Shown here one piece after another: positions 59,860-64,000 of a stretch of 64,000 nt of DNA; positions within the stretch are counted from its first letter, which is position 1; every line of letters begins with the position of its first letter. Origin of the DNA: Moniliella sp. 'wahieum' (lineage: Eukaryota); assembly GCA_003971905.1 (NCBI GenBank), contig RSEE01000137.1, forward strand, positions 62,001 to 126,000, read 5' to 3'. The translations under genes and the position numbers were made by a program. A model generated the notes under the pieces. It had not been told where the DNA came from. It did not search any database and saw only the letters and a list, made by a program, of their open reading frames with translations.

Positions 59860-62800
59860 TGGGGCGACGCCGCTGCCGTCGGGGGTGGCACCACCGGTGC
59901 TCGTGCCCGAGTCGCGCAACCACCCGGCCGGCACGTGGGCGGCCAAGGCCGAGGCGGCACTGGAAGAGCTGCCGATCACGCTGGCGCAGCTGCGGGCGCT
60001 GACGAGCGTGCCGGTCGCTGTGCTGACTGCTGCGCCGGGGAGCTGCGGCGGGAGGTGAGGAACGGCTAAGGGTAGTCACGTCGTTGGAGAAGGACATTAT
60101 CCTGCTGACGGAGCAGGAGACCAAGGACCGTAGCGCAGTACTTGCGCGTGCCGTGTCGGGGCCCAGCCAATCGAGGAAAAGTCCTTACTGGACGCAAGGC
60201 TGGGGTGGCAAGCACGCCTAGACGAGGCACGGGCGATCGTCGCGCGCGCCCATGCGCACGGCGTCACTTCCGCCTCGGTCCAGCGCGTCGAGGCGGCCCT
60301 AGCGCGCTCCGACGAGTGGCTCTCCACCGCCTCGCGACGCTCACGGCACAGCTGCTGCCGTCGCCGCTGTTTGCTGCGCCCGACGCCCGCCGGCACGCTG
60401 CAGCGCTTTGCTGATCGCGTGCGCCTCGCGCTGCAGCACGACGCTGCCGAGACGGCCCCGCCGACCCACTGCCCGCTGTGCACGCGGCCAGCGCCCGTCG
60501 TGCTGGACGGTGCGCAGGGCGTGGTGCCGCGTATGCGACACGGCGTTCCACACGGCCTGCGCGCGCGGCGGGATGCTGGGCGACGCTTCCTCCGCCGGCG
60601 GCAGTGGTGCCGGGCACGCCGTACGTGTGCGAAGTGTGCGACGGCAGCGCGCTACGACGGGTGGTGCGGCGCGCCCGGCGGTGCGCATGCCCCGCGCTGG
60701 TCGTCGGCCATGCCTTGCGAGCCCTTTTTGGCGTTAGTCCGCCCCAAGCGGAGCGCATGCTACGCTCCAAAGACGCGCTCCGCACACACTCCTCCCTCCA
60801 CCGGCGTTGTTCGTCGTACGCCCTGCTCCATCCCGCGTACTACTTTGGATCGCGCGCCGCTGCGCTCGCTGCGTCTTTGCGCGCGATGCCTTCGTCCCTC
60901 GACCCGCCCACTACGGGATCCAGCTCGGGATCCAGCACGGCCTCCACGCCCCGTAAACATCTCACCCACGTTCTTCGCCAGGCCCTGCTCTTGCCCGTCG
61001 TGCTGCTCGACGGCGCGCCGCTGCCCATCGCCGACGCGCTGGCCGCCGCGCTGCTCGGCGATACGCAGCACCCCCATCCCCACACTCATCCCCATGCACA
61101 TCCCCATGCACATGCTCATGCACACGCGCGCGCTCGCGCCGCCACCCTCTCCCCCCCCGTGGTACGTGCACCCAGCGCGATGGCCAGCTACGCCCCTGGG
61201 CCCAGCGTGGCGTGGGCCCCGCGCGCACATAAGGCGCGTCTCGTGTTTGCCGAAGAGGCGCACGAGCCGTTTGGTATGTATCTGCCAGGGCCGCGGGCGG
61301 GGCGAGACGGTCGGTGTGGGTTGTGTGCGGTGCGCTTCCACTTGGCCTGTGTCCAGCGGCCGCCGGCTACGGTAAGCGTGAGCACCACCATGAGTACCAT
61401 GAGTACCGTCAACACTGTCAACGCGTTCAAGTCGTCGTTTGTGTGTCCGTTGTGCTACCTCCGCAACGGCCACACCTACCCGTTCTTGCCCACCGTCGTG
61501 CTCCCCGCCCCGGCCCTCGCCCCCCCCTCCTCCTCTTCCACCGCCCCCGGCACCGCGACCACGACCACCACGGCGACCAGTCCCACTGGCGCGTTCCCCC
61601 CACCGCCGCCGCCCGGAAGCCAGTGCGCGATCGACGTGCCGGCCACGCTGCGCTCCGACACGGAACCTGTTCTGGGCGGCTTGGTGCCCTGGGACCCGGC
61701 CATCGTGCTCCACCTTACCCACTTTTCTCCCGCACAGGGATCCGCCACGGACCGCGCCGAGATGGTGTTGGACGAGGACTTGAGCCGCTTCCTTGCCCTC
61801 CACCCGCATTCGCACCCGCCCTTGCCCTCCACCTCCACGTCCATCTCGACTGCGAATGCGACGGCGCAGCCTGCAACTCTCAGTCCCACACCTACGGCCT
61901 CCGTTTCGACCTCCGTTTCGGTCTCGGGTTCGGTTGGCCCGGCCAAACGCCCCGCCAGCCCGTTCGCGCCGTCTACCCACCCGCTCAGCGAGCCCAAACG
62001 CCCACGCACCTCCCTCTCCCACCCGCACCCACACGCACACCCACACGCCCACCCGCACCCTCTCCATCCCCACCCGCACCCGCACCCCACACTCACACTC
62101 ACACTCACACTCACACTCTCCCACTCGGGCCCGTCGCCGGACCAGGCCCGACGCCCACCCCCACCTCCACTCCGCATCCCAACCCCACTCCGAGCCCGCG
62201 GCTACCACCCGCCACCACGGGGAGCCAACGCATGCCCCCGCTTCCCCCCGACTACAGCGGACCCACTGGACGAACTCCTTGCGCGTGGGGTTCCTGAATC
62301 TATGGCGCTCACGCATCACATTTACTTTGACGGTGTCGACCTCGTCTCGCGCCAGCCAGACGGAAGACTCTACCCTCGGCCCACACATCCATATTGATCA
62401 CCTGCACGATCCCGACGGCACAGCGTTCATCCAAGCTGCCTTGGCTGGCGCGCCTGTGGCTACCGCCACGCCTGTCCCACAGGGCACGGGAACGGGACCG
62501 GGCACCGGCGCAGCCGCAGGTCCAGTGTTGTCGCACCGGGTGGACCAGGTGGACCGGGACTGGCTAGTTTGCCCGCTTTGTCGCCCTTGTCGCCACCGCC
62601 TCTGCCCGCCCCGGGCTCAGGCTCAGGCTCGAGCTCAGCACCGGGCTGGACCGGGAGTGGGACCGGGAGTGGGAGTGGGATCGGGAGCAGGGTCAGGGTC
62701 GAACACGTCGATCCCGACCCCGCTCATGCGCCCGCCCGGTCGCACTTCTCTCCCGCGTCGGGCAGTGGCTCTTCCCTCCCCGGTAACCTCCCCGGTGGAG

Positions 62801-63198
62801 GACCAGTGCCAGGTGCCGTCCCAGGTGCCGTCCCAGGTGGAGGTCCATGTGCAGGTGCAGGCGCCAACGGAAGTCGGATGAGTTTGACGCCCAGTCCCGC
62901 ACCGTACTATGGCAGCAACAGTAGTGGCAGTATGTTCCCTCTACGTGCGCATTCGCCGTTCCAAGTGACACCGGATGGGTATGCGTCTTTGTCCCTCCGC
63001 CCCGCGAGCATAATCCCTCCGCCCCGTTCTTCCCCCCCCCACCGCCGCGCCGCGGTCTTGAATGCCCAGCTGCAGGGGCATGTGCAACAGGAAAAGGGAA
63101 GAGGAAGAGGGAAGAGGGAGGAGGTGAGGAGAGAGCCTGGTTGGTCATCGTGGGTTTGGCTAGGTGGCCATGTTGGACCCGATGGAAATGGACGTTGA
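55848..63198 (+). CDS. KDM5/JARID1-type histone H3K4 demethylase (JmjN-ARID-PHD-JmjC-C5HC2-PLU1-PHD), Rum1-like
   Basis: Jmj[20 protein letters not shown]...[32 protein letters not shown]...[16 protein letters not shown]...[13 protein letters not shown]; JmjC VEYGAD...WNLNVLP...FCWHMEDH...KTWYGVP...[30 protein letters not shown] with Fe ligands HxE...H intact; later Cys-rich fingers. Intron about 56526-56604. The 3' end is uncertain. Confidence 0.92.
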
Positions 63199-63646
63199 AC
63201 TTGAACTTGAACGATGAAGGTTGAAGGTTGAAGGTTGAAGGTTGAAGGTTGAAGGTTGGCCTCAATAGTGACCTCGAGTTGTGGTGTGCCGTGCGTGGCG
63301 GAACGTGGGGGAGGCAGGCGAGGCGGTGTTGGGGTGTGTGTCGTAGGAAAAGAGTGTAGTTGCGGTGATGTTGTAGAAGAACGATGGTCGCTCCGTTTCT
63401 GTCTGAGTGCTACCGTCGAAAACGTCGGACTGGGGGTGTAGCTGCCTGTGCCCGTCCACAAGTGGAGTGACACTGCGACTACGACAGACGATGTTGTTGC
63501 GGAGCCCACTTCTGCTTCATCTGCAGTCGGAGTAACATGTTATCAAGTGGCTTCCATGAGTCCTTCGATTCAACCAATATTCAACCAATATTCAATCAAT
63601 CAATGCTCATATGTCCATCCCAACCCATCCGCCCCGCCTTCAAGCT

Positions 63647-64000
63647 TCACCCCACCACCACCGTCCGCATCTCCCGGCGGGCCTGGAGCAGCGCCGACCG
63701 CGCCGGAATCGGCCCCACGCGGGAAACCCGCCACGGGCGTTCCTGTGCTACGTCCACGCTCGTGGCCATCTCCGTGTCCTCGGCGTCCGCCTCGGTACCC
63801 GTCTCGAGCGCAGCGAGGAAGCGCATGGCGTGCGGGGCGAGCGGGCAGCGCTGGAGACAAAACTGGAACGTATCTGGTGCGTCGTCGGCAAAGCGGAACG
63901 GTCGTAACCGGTACGCGGCCAGCGGCGCAGACGTCACAATGGACACGCACGCGCTTCCAATGCAAGCTCCAACGCTACGTCGATGCCCCTCGCCTCGGTA
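63647..64000 (-). CDS. C-terminal end of an unidentified gene entering from the right edge
   Basis: Open frame from the window edge to a TGA at 63647, with GC-rich coding-like composition; no recognisable motif. Confidence 0.35.
   Translation of the reverse strand, partial: YRGEGHRRSVGACIGSACVSIVTSAPLAAYRLRPFRFADDAPDTFQFCLQRCPLAPHAMRFLAALETGTEADAEDTEMATSVDVAQERPWRVSRVGPIPARSALLQARREMRTVVVG

Noticed and set aside
60760..62388. 542-aa minus-strand ORF
   Set aside because: Antisense shadow of the GC-rich demethylase 3' coding region; no independent motif.
23255..63198. Mating-type locus hypothesis (G-alpha, 7-TM protein, Rum1-like gene, TE island)
   Set aside because: No STE3-type receptor, homeodomain (WFxNxR), STE20 or credible pheromone gene was recognised in the window.
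1..64000. Widespread frameshifts suggesting mass pseudogenisation or programmed frameshifting
   Set aside because: They affect nearly every gene, including essential ones, fall mostly in homopolymer runs and leave catalytic motifs intact. This is typical of unpolished assembly error.

Overview
Eukaryotic, GC-rich, intron-poor fungal DNA, most consistent with a basidiomycete (GT-AG introns with CTRAC branch sites; basidiomycete-type arrestin-like and DUF6533-like proteins). Almost every gene carries 1-bp indels, mostly in homopolymer runs, so ORFs are fragmented; this is best explained by uncorrected assembly error. Recognisable genes from left to right: secreted pepsin-like aspartic protease (-, truncated by the window edge), SH3-REM-RasGEF of Cdc25 type (-, possibly a pseudogene), three-RRM protein with a mitochondrial-type leader (+), CPYC glutaredoxin (-), mRNA cap guanine-N7 methyltransferase (+), arrestin-like protein (-), second aspartic protease (-), G-protein alpha subunit of the Gi/Gpa1 class (-), NADH-cytochrome b5 reductase (-), SCOT-type CoA-transferase (-), intron-containing tRNA-Pro(AGG) (+), LURP-one/Tubby-C2-like protein (+), Cu-transporting P1B ATPase (-), multi-TM DUF6533-like protein (+) and a KDM5/Rum1-type JmjC demethylase (+). 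Between about 24.9 and 37 kb lies a roughly 12-kb, lower-GC island with no recognisable host gene. It holds three diverged co-oriented copies of one LTR-like family, a probable Gypsy integrase relic and hAT-like relics, and is either a TE graveyard or a candidate regional centromere. The most unusual pattern is a family of intergenic 7-bp-period arrays built from many different palindromic hexamers of one form (A-N4-T plus one spacer base), concentrated in gene-flanking DNA. Also present: a 176-bp near-identical dispersed element with an internally duplicated exon-like segment, and a TRIM-like direct-repeat unit beside the tRNA. All assignments are by eye, without database searches.
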